From the NCBI GenBank assembly GCA_051362555.1, contig CM120647.1, forward strand, positions 17,646,651 through 17,710,650: a stretch of DNA of 64,000 nucleotides, read 5' to 3'. The position numbers and the translations under genes are program-made. Below, in pieces: positions 1 to 13,563 of this stretch. Positions within the stretch are counted from its first letter, which is position 1. Every line of letters begins with the position of its first letter. The notes under the pieces are model-generated. The model made no database searches. It was not told the DNA's origin and saw nothing but the letters and a program-made list of their open reading frames with translations. The DNA is from Lingula anatina (lineage: Eukaryota; Animalia; Brachiopoda).

Positions 1-9
1 ATTAAGATA

Positions 10-1669
10 CAGACTTGACATTTAATATGGAATATTTCAGTTTCGAAGGTATGCCTAGGTAAAAATCCGTTCTTTTTTAAAAAAACTCCGATCTCATATA
101 AGATTTGTGAATGGAGAAGTGTGAAGTCAGGTGTGTCGCTACCAATTAACTGACTTCCATGTCTGCTGCGCTGCTACATTATGTAATATGCGGTGATTTA
201 ATTGGGTAGTGTTCCCTTGGGCTGGTCAGGGCTTGGCTTAGGCAAAGCTTGGTTCTGTCAAAAAAGTATCCGTATGTCGGCAACTACTGCATAGAAGAAT
301 TTGAAATTTTGCATGCAAGCGGTCAGTTTTGAAGTGCGTAAAATGAGCTAAGTAGTGCTTTACAAATTTGTAAATTTGTAGCAGAATGGCGCGAAAAAGA
401 CATTACCAGACATTATCAGACAGATTATAGCGGCAAACGGAACGGTCCGCACAGTTTTATAGAGTAATGCCCAGACTGATGTACCTACACAGATGTCACA
501 CCAAATGCATCGAAATCTTGCCTCCAGGGTACAGGACACACTGTCTTTCGGGATATGCTGCTGCAACTAAACGAAAGCCACCCAGTCCGTTCAGAACGAG
601 GGGTTAATTGCCACCAAAATGCATTTTTCAAGGCCCTTAACGAACACCAAACTGATTTTAGCAGGTTAGAATATCAGACGACCTCCGAGGAACCCACTGT
701 AAACAGCAAAACATCGTCGTCTGTTTCTCTAATGAATTGGGGGCCATGACCGTTTCTAGGTAGAACACTGAAACCACGAGGCTTTCTTTATTGAGGTCAG
801 ATTTCACCTGTACCGACCAACTAGTCAAAACAGAGTTTACAGACATCCAGAAGAGGCCTATGACGAAGCATGTGCCGCGTCTAAAGTGACACGGGTCATT
901 GACAGCGTCGGTATTTGGAGTGGATACCACATTGGTGCCAAAACACCAATGGTAGTCATTGACGAAAACCTGAACCAGATCAAATAAACGAATAATCTGG
1001 GAACCACTTGACTATCATTTGATAGGGGGCACCTTAGGGACAATTTTAGGTTACACGGTGAGATTCACACAGAACACTTTTAATAGCAGATAACTTACAG
1101 AACCAAGAGAATGAGCAGCTACCCTGGTCATCACAATCGCCACATTTGAACCGCATAGACAATATGTGGGTAAGCCATTACTCACCGAATCAACTGCCTA
1201 CATGCCCTACATCAAAACTGGACCAAATTGGACAATTTTGGACCGATGCCTGGAATAATATTCCAGATTGAACTCTAAAAACCTATCCCAAGGAATACCT
1301 TGCCGCTTGAGAGCGCTTGTAACAGACAGAAGAGGCCAGGCGTAACAGCGACCGTTACTATGTCTAGACACTGACATGAGAGTCCTTTGTGGAGCGTATA
1401 ACTTATTTACAGACGATAATATGGTAAATATGGAGATCCAAAATATCTCTTTTAATGGCTGTCGTATGACATAGAATAGGCAATGCATTTCTGTTTGCTT
1501 CAATGTCGAATTCAACCAATGAGCTGATGTCACCATGACATCAAAGAGATAATTTAAAGCTATTAAAACACGATTTTAATCTTTATTTTCATTTATCAGT
1601 CAGCAAAATAGGAAAAAAACTGATGAAAAATGACTTGGAAAAAATATTCCATATTAAATGTCAGTTCTG
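10..1669 (+). mobile_element. Degenerate Tc1/mariner-family DNA transposon (about 1.66 kb) with TIRs, TA TSD and a pseudogenised transposase
   Basis: Inverted repeats: ATACAGACTTGACATTTAATATGGAATATTT (7-37) vs the reverse complement of 1642-1672 (2 mismatches), giving TA|CAG...CTG|TA ends. Internal plus-strand translation, broken by stops and frameshifts, gives Tc1 DDE-like motifs: 'EVRFHLYRPTSQNRVYRHPEEAYDEAC...SVGIWSG...KTPMVVIDENLN', 'LPWSSQSPHLNRIDNMW' (cf. WPxxSPDLNPIENLW) and 'WNNIP'. Confidence 0.85.
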
Positions 1670-2114
1670 TATTAAAATATAAAGTACTATGTAAATAAAT
1701 ATATGGACAATTAAAATTTTAAAACATTAAAATAGATAATTCAATGTAAAGATAGCAGCCAGTCAAATCAGTTATAAAACGTTTTGAAATTAAACGTTTT
1801 TAATTTTCGTCTTTTAAATTGCCCTCAGACTCTATTTTTAAATATATTGGGGGAATGTTTCATTCATTTTTTCCATAGACTTGAAGAGCTAGGTCACCGT
1901 ACATGTTCTGAATCTGGCATTACATGATATGAATCTAATGAAAGCTTTTACAAAGTCATCATGAAATCCCATCAGATTTTCGAGTTGGTATAATTATTTC
2001 AATACATGTGAGTGTGGTCAGTGGTATGTATATTTCAATATGTGTATATTAGGCGATAAACTTATTTCAACATATGTACATTTAATGATTTATATATTTT
2101 TTACTATGTGTGGG

Positions 2115-2871
2115 ATTATAGTCAAAAAGGTTGTGACACTGGTACCTTAAATCTATTTTTTGTAACTGATCACCTAACATCTATTAACCATTTTGAACAG
2201 TGTTTTATCTCAGATACCATATCAAATATCACTCATGGTACAGAAAATGCAAAATATCAGTAAACAAAGCCAAATTTTATACCATTCATTCAAATTTATG
2301 GTAAACTAAACTCGGGAATATGTTCCACGGGGATTTCCACGAAAGGAATATAATTGTTCATAAAATCAAAAAAGACACCACCAAATGTCAATAAAGTTAC
2401 ACACAATGAGCATGTGCTCGTTAGAACCCACGTGTCTTATAGCGTGTTTGTCTACCGCGTACAGCAACTATCTCTTGTAGTCTGCACGACATGCCTCAAC
2501 AAGTGCAATAATTGTCTTGTAGAAAAATTAGGGGGTTGGTTCTCCTCATCATAGCGCACTCCATTTCATGTTCAGTAGGGTGAATATCAGGGTTAACAGA
2601 TACCTGCTCCATCCTCCGATGTGTTCTTGCAACAAATCATTCGCCAGACGAGAACTGCGAGCGAGTTCATTGTCACGATGAAGCCTGTAGTATACCTGAA
2701 GTCACAACTTGTAAAAGTGTGTAAAATTTGGTGACATTTTCTGTATCATGTTTGATGTGGTATCTGGAATAAAAAAATACTGTTCAAAATGGTTTACGGG
2801 TCTGAGGTGATCATTTGTAAGTAAAAGCAAATGGAATCTGAGGTGGGATAAACGTTTTGACCAAGTGTGTA
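2115..2871 (-). mobile_element. Old internally deleted Tc1-like element with long (about 140 bp) diverged TIRs
   Basis: About 2117-2260 aligns to the reverse complement of about 2730-2871 (shared blocks TGATCACCT, AACCATTTTGAACAGT, CAGATACCA, TACAGAAAATG). Internal minus-strand remnants 'HRDNELARSSRLANDLL' and 'PDIHPTEH' resemble the Tc1 QDNAxxH and SPDLNPIEH motifs. Confidence 0.65.
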
Positions 2872-3008
2872 TTCAGTGGTACACTTACCTCAACATGCTT
2901 ATATATATTAGAGATATATTTATTTCAGTATATTCAGTGATATTCTTCTTTAAATTTATGCGTATACAGTTGCACCCTTTTTTAATATAGGCAAGAACGT
3001 TTTGTAAA

Positions 3009-3346
3009 GATTCGTTTTTTTTTTTCAATTGAGGACAAAACGTAGGGGAAATCATGAGCAATGATTCCTAATTTTAAATGTCATAATTGCATAAAGAAAA
3101 CAAAGCGTATGTAGACATAAGATTTATTATTGCATATGTTCTATATACCAGTAGATGTTATCTATTTTTGACATACCGATTCGTTTTTTTTTCAATTGAA
3201 GACAAAATGTAGGGGAAATCATGAGCAATGATTTCTAATTTTAAATATCATGATTTGCATACAAGAAAACATAGTGTATCTAGACATAAGGTTTATTATT
3301 GTATATGTTCTATATACCAGTAGATATTATCTATTTCTGCCATACA
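3009..3346. repeat. Tandem duplication, 2 x about 169 bp
   Basis: The unit GATTCGTTTTT...CAATTGA(G/A)GACAAAA..TAGGGGAAATCATGAGCAATG...TTCTATATACCAGTAGAT..TATCTATTT occurs at 3009-3177 and again at 3178-3346, with few substitutions. Confidence 0.9.
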
Positions 3347-4519
3347 GTGGGGCGGAATGGGGTTGGCGCTGGCAATGTGCGCAACATGACCAGACTATGA
3401 CATAGTTAGACATAGAAAAATTGTCACACGCTTTAATTTGACAAACCTCAAGCTTAGATGTTTTGACTGAAATGCCTTATATTGAAGGTTATGAAAAAAC
3501 ATTTCACTCTAGGTGTACATTTACATGTACATATTATTATTATTGTGTAAACAGAGTGTGATTAGATCCACCAATTCTCAATTTGCAAACCAATGGGACC
3601 CGTATGATTACCATTGAAAGCAGATGTTCATACGTTAGTTAACGTTAACTTAGGTATGTGTTCGTTATATTCAATCAAAGTTTATGTTATTGTTAAGAAG
3701 GTGTCATGTAAGGCTTGTGTAAACTCTATCCTGGGATTGAGTGCACCAAAGATCAATCTTAGACAAGATAAATGTTTAAACGTTATAGAAAAACGTGTAT
3801 ATAATCTTTGTGACAAAGAGACAAACTAAGAAGGGAAATACCCGAGAGAAACTGGATTATACGTAATATGACGTTATGCAACTACTATTACTACTTCTTC
3901 TATATAACAGTTGGGATGCTATATTGCAGGCCTATAAACATAGTGTGTGTTAAGATATCCAATTTCAAGGATGAGCATATATTCAGTTTCAGAGGCAAAA
4001 ATATTAAGGACTAACGATGATATATAAACCCAAAGCTGAGCACCATTTGTTGCATATTGTAAAGTTCCTTGGGATATGCTGCTCTGCACAGCTATTTTTT
4101 GTACTAGGCTATGGACATTTAACATGAACGGGGTATCCACCAATTAGTGGACTTGCAGGTGTCTGAATGGCAACGGGGCTCTTCCGTTTGGGGGACTGAC
4201 GTGCAGGTAAAACTATTTATTTATAAACATATTTAGTTAAATGATCTTCTTGTGTAAGTAAATGATTTGATATATGTTATATTTGCATTCTTCTGCAGGA
4301 TGTATAAGATAAGTGCCTAAAACATACTTTTCAAAAGTTAAAATTGTTGACAATTTTCAATGTAAGTTTTTCTTAAAAAAAAAGGCATTTCCTTTAGTGC
4401 TCATGTAATTGCAATACATTAAGTAATCCTGCTACTATGTTTCAGCTCATTGAAATATCCAATCCTTTTTATATTCTCAGTAGAGCACAAACTTAAAAAG
4501 AAACCTGTATGCATTAAGT

Positions 4520-4522
<3 letters not shown>

Positions 4523-4562
<40 letters not shown>
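4523..4562. repeat. Poly(A) tract (about 40 nt)
   Basis: Uninterrupted A run. Confidence 0.9.
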
Positions 4563-4564
<2 letters not shown>

Positions 4565-4975
4565 ATTTTGAACGTGTTTGATACCAAACAGTAAAAGGCA
4601 GTACATGTTATATTGTTTAAAGATAATGTCTCAAGCATTTGTAAGAACTGAACCAGAAACTCATTATCGCAATATCATCTTGCAGTTCTATTACCAAATT
4701 TATGAAAACGTTATTTCTTTTAGGACCACATCGGCGCCTTGCTGCATATTTTCTGCCCCAGGATCTGAGGTTGCCATTCCACACGTTGTAGCTCTCCTGC
4801 TTCTGGTAAATGAAATTATGGTTTTCATATGTCTCTGCTGGTTTCGAGTGATTATAAAAAACCGTGTGTTACACAAAGCAATGATGCTCGAAGTTCATAG
4901 CCCATAATTAAAGTGATATCTCCTTCATGCTATATCCAAAATATCAGAATTATTTTCCTTTTTGCCACCCCCCCA

Positions 4976-5019
<44 letters not shown>
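4976..5019. repeat. (AAT)n microsatellite
   Basis: Perfect AAT run. Further (AAT)n tracts occur near 23795, 25210-25320, 35240, 35375, 36370, 41665 and 55475. Confidence 0.9.
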
Positions 5020-7829
5020 GGCAGCAAAGGCATTTGAAAATAGGAAACAATTATGGAGATGTTTCAGTACCCCTGTGGGCTCTATACCTAGGAATGGTAT
5101 TGCTGTCATTAGAAGACGAATAGATATTATCATTAGGTGCCAAGTTACTTGTACATTGTACCACCCCACCACTACGTCCGACCACATCCTTCCACCCCTT
5201 CTTTTGTAAATTGAATATATTTGCCATGTATTGATTCCTGGCCATGAATAAAAAAACGTATAAATTTGTATAGACATTTCCTTCAAATCATTTCTACCAG
5301 TACCGTAGTTATAAATATTTACCCTTGAAAAGACAGAAAAAACTAATTGGTATTTAAAACATTTTTTTTCAGGCGGAACATTTTTATCAATAACGTGCTT
5401 GACATAATTATCCAGTGACACAATGTCTTTGATATAATGAGGAGTCGAAACAGGTAACTACATGTATTTTTTTCGAGTGGCAACTCCTTTTCAGACTTTT
5501 CACTTTTTTGCCTAGGATTACTTGGATTCCACATTAATTTTGCCGCTAGCAGCGTTAATTTCCATAACTTCGAAATTTTCATAACTTGACAGTTTTTAGA
5601 AGCCTTGCCACAAAAATTATCTGAATAGTATGTTTTTAATATTGGTAATAGCATTGTTAAGATAACCATGTTTACCTAACATTTTAAGATAATTTAAGAT
5701 AATTTAATTCTTTTAAATTCCAGTAAGTGGCTACGAGAAGATATGACGTTTGTTTAACAGCATCTGATATCATTGGAAAATATCTCGTCTACAGACAGTT
5801 ATCCTCTGAAGTGACTGACATATAATATCTGTAAATGTAGATATTTTAATATATGTTTATGAAAACTAAAATTAAATCAAAATTAGTAAATATCAAAAAA
5901 GTATAAATAATTTTCGGAAGCATGATGACTTTTCATTTATGAAAAATACTGCATATATTACTCTGTATTCTGTAGGTGGAAAACGCGTAATTTATGGTAA
6001 CTCTATGGTAACACTGTGCAGTTTTCCAGTCCAGTGGGTACATTAGGGCGCATTGTTTTAGAAAGGTACCCAGAAAACATATAGCTTACTTGTAATAAAT
6101 AAAATATGTTCCATTTATTTGAATATGCTTTAAAAATTCACCTACTGAGTTAATTTTGTGTAAATTGCACCCCATGTTGTAAAAGTTTTGCTGTGAAACG
6201 TTTCATGATTTTTTTTAAATTTACAAATGGTTTGCTTGATGTGTTTCCTCAAAACAAGATAATCAATAACTGCAAAAGATACATATTCTTTTCACCAAAT
6301 TATAAGGAAAATCAAATGTGAAAAGGGGTAACAAAGGGGTAACAAATGTACTTAATACATTAGTTATTGTTTGGATTTGCTTAAAGTTTTTGTAATCATT
6401 TAATATTCCAATTTGGCACCTGACGTTGAATGTATTATAACTGTATCAATATTTTTGTATGGGCAATAATATTATTCTGAACATTCTGCTTTCCATGTGC
6501 ACTGAATTCTTGTTGTTTCTAATGTGTGAAGGTGTGAGAGAGAAGATGAAGAAAAGAGGAACGCTTAAAATAAGTTACTTTTAATCGTACTTAGTTAACA
6601 AAAATGGTCGACACTTTTTAGAATTGTAAATCACAATTCTGTCTCATATCTTTGCGAAACTTGTCAGATGTCTTCAACGTTGTAACCACGATTTGGTTAC
6701 CGTTATCATTAAGCTGGTTTTTGTATGGGAAAATTGTTGAGGATACTCGTAATCCTGCGGCGCTCCACTCAAAGTGTTAAAAGACAAGTATATTTCAGGG
6801 AACGTAAAATCAACAAAATCCTTACCCTTTTTATTCCTTGATCTGTCTGTCGCGTTTTGCCAACTGTAAGCGTAAACCTAATTTTGGTTAGTTATATAGC
6901 AGCAATGACGTCACTGACATTGACATCATGGATTACAACGCGATGTGAAATGCCCTGATACGGTTAAGTTGGGTTTACCTCTCACAGAAGGCATTTAATG
7001 ACCAAAAATTGACGCTTGGACGATAAACAGCTTATAAAACAATGATTAGATGAAAGTCAGACGTTTGGGCGATAAACAGCGTATGCTTACAAAACTGTGC
7101 CTCTTGCATATTCTACAGCTACGATTCATACAGATGTAAGCAAGCTCGGCTGTCACCTTGATTGGTTAGAAAACGATGGTCGTAAAACCGCTACATGATT
7201 TAATAAACTTTGCATAAACTTTAAAACCACTTAAAAGATCTAACAGTGTCATACTAGTCTACCATAAAGCAAAAAAAAAAAAAATTTAAAAATCGCTTAA
7301 AGTATTCAAAACGAATGTCGTTAAATCCCTATATAGGCTCCTATAGAGTCCATAAAAAAGGAGAGCTTGCGATACAAGGATACCCTCAACGCGCATTATT
7401 TTTTAGTTTAAACTGGTAATTTAATTGTTTGTTTGACAGAAAGACAATGACAACTAATCCTTAGCGACGTAATTATAAATAACTAAATAACAGAATGATC
7501 TTTTAAATCAAGCGTATTTTTAATGTATTCTTGAAATAAAAAATTTGAATTTTATTTTTTACTAAAAGCAAAATACAGCAATTTTAAGTTTAGAAAACAA
7601 TCCATGTGCTGTGCTGAACATGACTATATATACCCCCCATCCCCCCCCCCCCCCCCCCGAAAAAGGGCCCATTGTTAGCACAGTGAATGGCATCAAGCCA
7701 CGTCTATCATGTGATCAATGAACAATATCTCTCGGCACTGGGTATGGTAAAGTCCGGTTAGAGCTACAATGATATAGCCAGACGTATAAGCTGTTCCTAA
7801 CCCATCATTAGAAATCTTACTAAAAGCCA

Positions 7830-8510
7830 CAGCATGACAGGCTCTGTTGACGACAGGCAGAGTCCAGGGCGAGAGGTTGGCAACTTAAAGGATCTCTGCA
7901 CCAGGGTTGCAATAGCAGCGTGACCGTACCAGTCGTAGACCATGGGAAACATTCGGTAGAAACCACCAGCGGATCGGAAGTCCCATGGTGCGCCGACGCT
8001 CGAGGGAAGTCAACCTCCAAACACGCGTCAATATCGTGATCATAAACAACGCCAAATACGACTTCGATGGGCCACGCAACACCTCAGATGGACACAGCAG
8101 CGCTGGGCTGGTACCCTTATATAAGAACCTTTTCTGTCTGGATCATCGAGATGTTCAGGAGCGTGAGTGTCGTCGTCGTGGAGAATGTCACACAGAGTGC
8201 TGCATCAGGGAGCAGAATCACTTTCCGGTCGCCAGTGTCATGGAGTGGGCAGGGGTATCCTGCAATTATCGGACACCGTTCATGGTCGTGATGGCAACAC
8301 CACTGCTCGACGCTACGTCGACCATATCCTGCAGCCCCACATGATCGCGTTCATGCGACAACACCCCAACGTCACCGTTTTCCAACATGACAACGCCCGT
8401 CCACATTCGGCAAGATTGACCCAAACGTGTGACCCAAGAATATCATACCCTGTGGTGCTTATTTTCCGGATGTGAATCCGTTTGAGCACTTGTCGGACTA
8501 TATCGATTGA
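7830..8510 (+). mobile_element. Tc1-like transposase pseudogene fragment
   Basis: Frameshifted pieces 'RECRRRGECHTECCIREQNHFPVASVMEWAGVSCNYRTPFMVV', 'DGNTTARRYVDHILQPHMIAFMRQHPNVTVFQHDNARPHSARLT' and 'PDVNPFEHLSD' match Tc1 DDE catalytic-domain motifs (SVMVWG, FQQDNARPH, SPDLNPIEHLWD). Confidence 0.85.
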
Positions 8511-8712
8511 CTGTTGTGATTTTGTGTTTGGCAGCTGCCATTTTCTTATGTTAAGTTTTTGTTTGAATTATTCTTACAACTTTTTGTTTCTTCATGCAAA
8601 TATCCATTGCAAATGATTCATATGAAAAAATCCAGCTTGGGGCGTCAAAATAACAATTATTTCGAAAGAAATGGTCTGAAAGTTTATAATGACTGTCAGT
8701 ATATATATATAT

Positions 8713-9063
8713 ATCATCATCATCATCATCATTTAGAGCCTATAGTGTTCCACTGTTGGACAAAGGCCTCAGCATGCTTTTTCCATTGTTTCCTATCCTG
8801 AGCCTCAGATTTCCAGTTTGGCCAAGGTTTCTTCTTCCAAGACTTCCAGTAGTCGTCTAATTCATCCCTCCATCGTTTGACCGGCCTTCCTCTTTTTCTT
8901 TGTCCATACCTTGGGGTCCATTCTGTAAGCCTGATTGTCCACCTATTGTCCTTCATTCTTTTGACATGTCCTGCCCACCTCCATTTCATTTCTTTAACTG
9001 TGGGCAGTACGTCCTTAACTTTGGTCTGTTCACGTAACCATACATTCGTTTTCCGCTCTCTTG
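8713..9063 (-). mobile_element. 5'-truncated RTE-like LINE 3' end with (GAT)n tail, inserted in a (TA)n tract
   Basis: ORF 8989-8729 'KWRWAGHVKRMKDNRWTIRLTEWTPRYGQRKRGRPVKRWRD...AQDRKQW' is the typical C-terminus of an RTE-clade ORF2. A (CAT)n tract on plus at about 8714-8732 forms the tail, and (TA)n flanks both sides (about 8700-8714 and 9065-9078). Confidence 0.85.
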
Positions 9064-9085
9064 GATATATATATATATGTTCCGA

Positions 9086-12000
9086 TTATAATTTGGCATC
9101 GTTTTCCTCTTTCTCTTGCTCTTCGGTATTGCAACCCAAATTAGAAACCCCAGTCTTTTTCAGTTCGTCCATTTCCTCTCCAACTTCCTCCTCTTCTTCC
9201 TCCAGTTTTGGTATACAGGAGCCAAATACGTCATACTTACTAGACAAAATTTCTCGCGCAAAAAGCACATGGAATATTATCGACACTACGACGATAGAGA
9301 TTAAACTGACAAGCATGCTGAACGTTTTAAATGGAAATCCTTGCGCGTTGTTATCAAAGTCGTACCACGGGTAAAGAATAAACGCAGGGAGGCTAAAGGT
9401 CGCTTCCCCACCACCAAGACGAAGGATCCAGCCGATAATATAACTGAAATAAGTAATAAATTATGAAAAACGTAGATACCATCATCAAATGCCTGTTTTT
9501 TCTACCGTTGTTAATTAAATATACGTAGTACAAGGACATTGGGGGGAAAGTTGACGTACTCAGTACCAGTGCTTTTAAGGGAATGGGCATTCTTCTTTAT
9601 GCTTGATGTGTGATCCTGTGATCCCCTTTGATAAATCTAAAATATGGTGCAGTAGTTAATAAAGAGGTATCCGGTTCTAAGCTTACCCAGTTAAAGCTCC
9701 ATACATATTGGCCTGCTTGAGGAATATCACACATACAAGTTGGGGAAAAAGGATGACGTAGACAAAGTCAGAACACAAGAACCACAGAGCGTATATTGAA
9801 GTGATGTAGATCGCCATTACAGTGGCAACGGCCCCAAGCACTACCACTGCTCCCCGCATCAACCACACAACCTCCCGCTCCGAAGCCTGGAATTCCAATT
9901 ATCGTTAAGTTAATAAACGCATTTTATTTTGTTTCATAGACACGACAACGTTCCAAGATGAATATCAACAAAATCGGTAGCGATTATCTTCAACTGGAAC
10001 AAGTAAGACCAAAACTGGAGTTAATTTTCTTTAATTTTTACTGTTGTATAATTACCCTGTATGGCCTCTCTAAGTGTTGGTGAATTGAAAAGAATAAGGT
10101 ATATGTGGATCACAACACTATTTCGATAGTACACACAAGAACACTATTAAGTAAGCGTCTTGTCTCAACTCAGGTATGCACACTCTCCTCATGTATTGGA
10201 GGACCTTTTAGTTGTTCTATCAGTTACAAAATCGATTGAAAAAGTTCTTCAACGGGCTTTTATCTGGTCGAAAATTTAGAAGGGCCTCTGGGAGAGAGTA
10301 GGTATAACCTACGATCAAAAATTAAAAGGATGGGAGTCACACTCAAACTTAAAACAACTAGCGGATCTCATGATGTTGGGAGTGCGTGTCTCGCTTTGAA
10401 AGGTAGAATTGCTATAGTAAAGCGAAACCCAGCTGGGTGTTTCATCGTTTTTTTTTTTTTTTTTTGTATTTTTTCGTCTTTTAAAGAACAGACCAAAGAC
10501 CGCTGGTAGAATTCATCGTGGGTATTTTTTGTCAAATTGTTGTTTCTATAAACAGTAAAATCATATTAAAGAACCTTGCCAGCTCAAATGTGCTAACATG
10601 GAGGACATTGACATGTATTTTTACACCTCTGTTGTTATGTAACTGACGTTATATCTGACGAGAAATTTATGGAAAGTTATTCAGTATGCATTGTAGTATC
10701 GCTTTCTGCAACCTGGAGTGACAGGAATGTCAGTCCTCTAGAAACCGTAGTCAAGCTATATTTACATGTACTCCATCGGTTCTGAATGCGACCTAGACTA
10801 TCAAACAGTTTTTAGAGACAATAGGGAGTTGTTAACATGAAGGTATCATGGTTGAAAGGCGATATACCGCTTTCCCATCCTATTTATTTTGTGTCCTAGA
10901 TATAACCTAAGGCGATACTTGATGCATAAAAATGCAGTAGCTCAACTAAAGCAATGTAAATAAATAAAAACACATACCTTCTTTCCACGGAACAGGAACT
11001 TCCGCAGTGGTCTGCACACATTGTGAGAAAAAAGTGAACTCATGGACAAAATGGCGGTGACAGTAGATGACATCACAGCGGCGGAGACTGCGCCAAGGCC
11101 GATGAAGGAGACGGCAGGGGGCGTAAGGTACTGCAAGACAAGCGGCAAGATGTTCTTGTATTCTTCTGAAGGGACTGTAGTCTGATTGTACACATCGATG
11201 TAAGCAGTGTCCGTCCAATCTGAAAAAAAGAGGTACTTATTTCTAAAGTACTCAGGTATATAGATGTGAAATCGGTTAGATGATGTCAAATTTTAGTAAA
11301 TCAGCAATTCCATGCAGCAATCGCCCATTCATCCCCATTTAATCAACAAATATAAAACAAAATTTATGAGTTTCTGTCGAAATTATATTGTTCAATTTTT
11401 GGTCGGTTAGTCATCAAAAAATTGTGCAGGCCTTTACACATAATACATTGTACATGTGTACATACACAATATTCCAATGCTATTTTATATTTTTGCCGAT
11501 TCCTTTATAAAGCAGCCCACACGGCTACGCCTTATTTATGAGTTTTACAATAGTCGACTTACTTGTTGAGGCTCCAATGGCTCCAACCATTACGGCAGGG
11601 ACAGCACAGACCAGACAGAAAAAACCAGCTACAATAGATAACCACTTTGCCTGATTTACTGTCTTTGCAGACAGCATCCTTTGGAAGTACACCTGGATAA
11701 CGGAAAGTGGTCATTTCATACATAAAAGGAGATTTAGGATTGGATAATCAACTAAGTGGCTTTTTTTCTTTCAAAGAGTCTGTCATTAGTTGGTTATTTA
11801 AAAGTGACATATCTGTTCTTTTACTGACTTGTTTTCTTTTAGTACCTTCTTTAATCATCTCATTTCCACTGAGCAATTTTTACAGTTATATTAGACACAG
11901 AGTGGATGTAAAGCACAGTCACATACAGAGTGAAGGGTAAAGAAAGTCAATATTCTAGGCCCTTTATTTCATTCACCTGCCAAGGTATTCCCCCAAATAT

Positions 12001-12773
12001 TAATTGTAGTCCTGAATCTAAGTACAACCCAGCATCGTTCTTGGTAAGAGACCCTAGCCAGCTCGATGACGTCATTTCCAGAGGCGAAACGGCAGGGTGG
12101 TGCATAGCAAATGGAAAAGCCATGAACTGAAAACACAGAATTATTATTTATAATGCCAAGTGATGGGATCTATTTCCGTAAAGACGTGTCTAGCTCAAAA
12201 AAGGTATTATTGATTATATAAAATATGCGAATATTACACAATAGATCTGCACATTTCGAATTCTGGGAACTCTACACGCATACTAACCAGTCCAATCAGA
12301 ATCATTATCAGCTGTGCTACGTCTGTATACGCCACAGAATATAGTCCCCCGATAAGTGTATAAAGGACTGCAATAATGGCTGACACGATGATAGAGATGG
12401 TATTTTCCAAGCCGATCACAACGGTCAGAGAAGAACCTAAAAAAATGAGCTGTGCATTGAGAACTTGACCAAGGACTGGGCTATAAAACACATGTCAACA
12501 TTCCATATGGATTCATTTCTTAAAATTGTGTTGCGATTTTTTTCTGATGTTTGCATTGTAATGTTAAAGGAATAATAACTCTTTGTATGAGGTCTTTTTT
12601 TCACAATAAAAGCATTGTGAATAACTCATAGAAATATAATATATTCTGTTTTACCACAAAAATGGCAGTCTCACTAAGTATATTATACTTATATCTGCGG
12701 CAGGTATGTTACAAAAAGACATTGGGAAAACATTATGACCAAATTTGGCCATATTAACGTTCATATCAACCTC

Positions 12774-12805
<32 letters not shown>

Positions 12806-13563
12806 TACCAAGAGCCGCCAATATGGCCGCCGACCAGAACAGATCACCCAGCAGGACAGGAATGTAGAGCAGAGCCGTCATAACTGGGCCGTATTTCTGC
12901 TGGAATGGGTCCAGCATTGTCATGTACCCTGCAGATCGCATGGGTCCAGCAAACACCAGCCCGCCGATGGCAAGAGAGATGGCATATCCGACAGGTGCTT
13001 GACACCATACTAACCCTGAACTCAGGGTGTATTCTGCAGTGCCATTGATGTAGCCGCCACCTACCCAAGTCGCTGTACAAAAAGGATCTTTTTAAAGATA
13101 TATTAAATCATACAGAATATTTTTAAATACTTTTTTAAAGATTTTCCCCGATATAATAAAAAACCCTGGAAAAAAACACTCACTAATTTAAAACAAATTA
13201 AAGTAAGCGCTCATTCATCAAATCGAAATGCTTCTATGTGTTCCAATTTTTCAGACAAATAAAGCCAAAAAAAAAAACATTATTTGTCAGCACGTCAGTT
13301 CAAGGTTGAAACATTCAAAATCACTGGGCATTAAAACGTGTCACAACCGAATCGGGGTTGCTTGCCAAAATTCCCTTACCAGTCAACGTAAAAATCCCAA
13401 CGAATGGTCCTACGTTTCTCCCAGCTAGAGTCGGCTCTGTCGAATTTGCATCTTTTCCAAAACTCTTAGATTTTCTTCCAGCAACTATTTCGATGATGAA
13501 GATGACTATGTAAAATACAATGATAGCCACCAGGCCCCACATGTTTATTACGCTATCGACCAT
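9086..13563 (-). CDS. SLC5A7: High-affinity choline transporter 1-like (SSS family, SLC5A7/CHT1-like), 8 coding exons, about 558 aa
   Basis: Coding exons 13563-13380, 13072-12809, 12436-12288, 12126-11977, 11692-11563, 11219-10978, 9886-9687 and 9443-9086 join in frame through GT-AG sites (1677 nt, TAA at 9088-9086). CHT1 signatures: [110 protein letters not shown]. An acceptor at 13622 implies upstream non-coding exon(s). Confidence 0.93.
12568..12690 (+). mobile_element. Truncated copy of the TTAA-MITE at 40908-41220 (SLC5A7 intron)
   Basis: TTAA|AGGAATAATAACTCTTTGTATGAG...CATTGTGAATAACTCATAGAAATATAATATATTCTGTTTTACCACAAAAA is nearly identical to 40908-41010. Confidence 0.8.

Larger units (their letters stand above)
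3800..5960 (+). pseudogene. Degenerate multi-exon gene relic, copy 1 (EGF-like Cys pattern); paralogue of 32150-34250
   Basis: Exon-like segments at about 3993-4206, 4724-4805, 5373-5453 and 5724 onward have AG/GT boundaries matching those in copy 2. Translation 'WTFNMNGVSTN*WTCRCLNGNGALPFGGLTC|RTTSAPCCIFSAPGSEVA' has an in-frame TAG at 4145-4147. Confidence 0.5.

Noticed and set aside
4913-5421. ORFs with poly-N or poly-L runs (also poly-Y, YI and TH runs elsewhere)
   Set aside because: They are translations of (AAT)n, (TA)n and (CA)n microsatellites.
6480-7400. Promoter-like stretch with a minus-strand donor (about 6825) and a short direct repeat (GACG.TTGG.CGATAAACAGC x2)
   Set aside because: No ORF, downstream exon or element termini could be tied to it.
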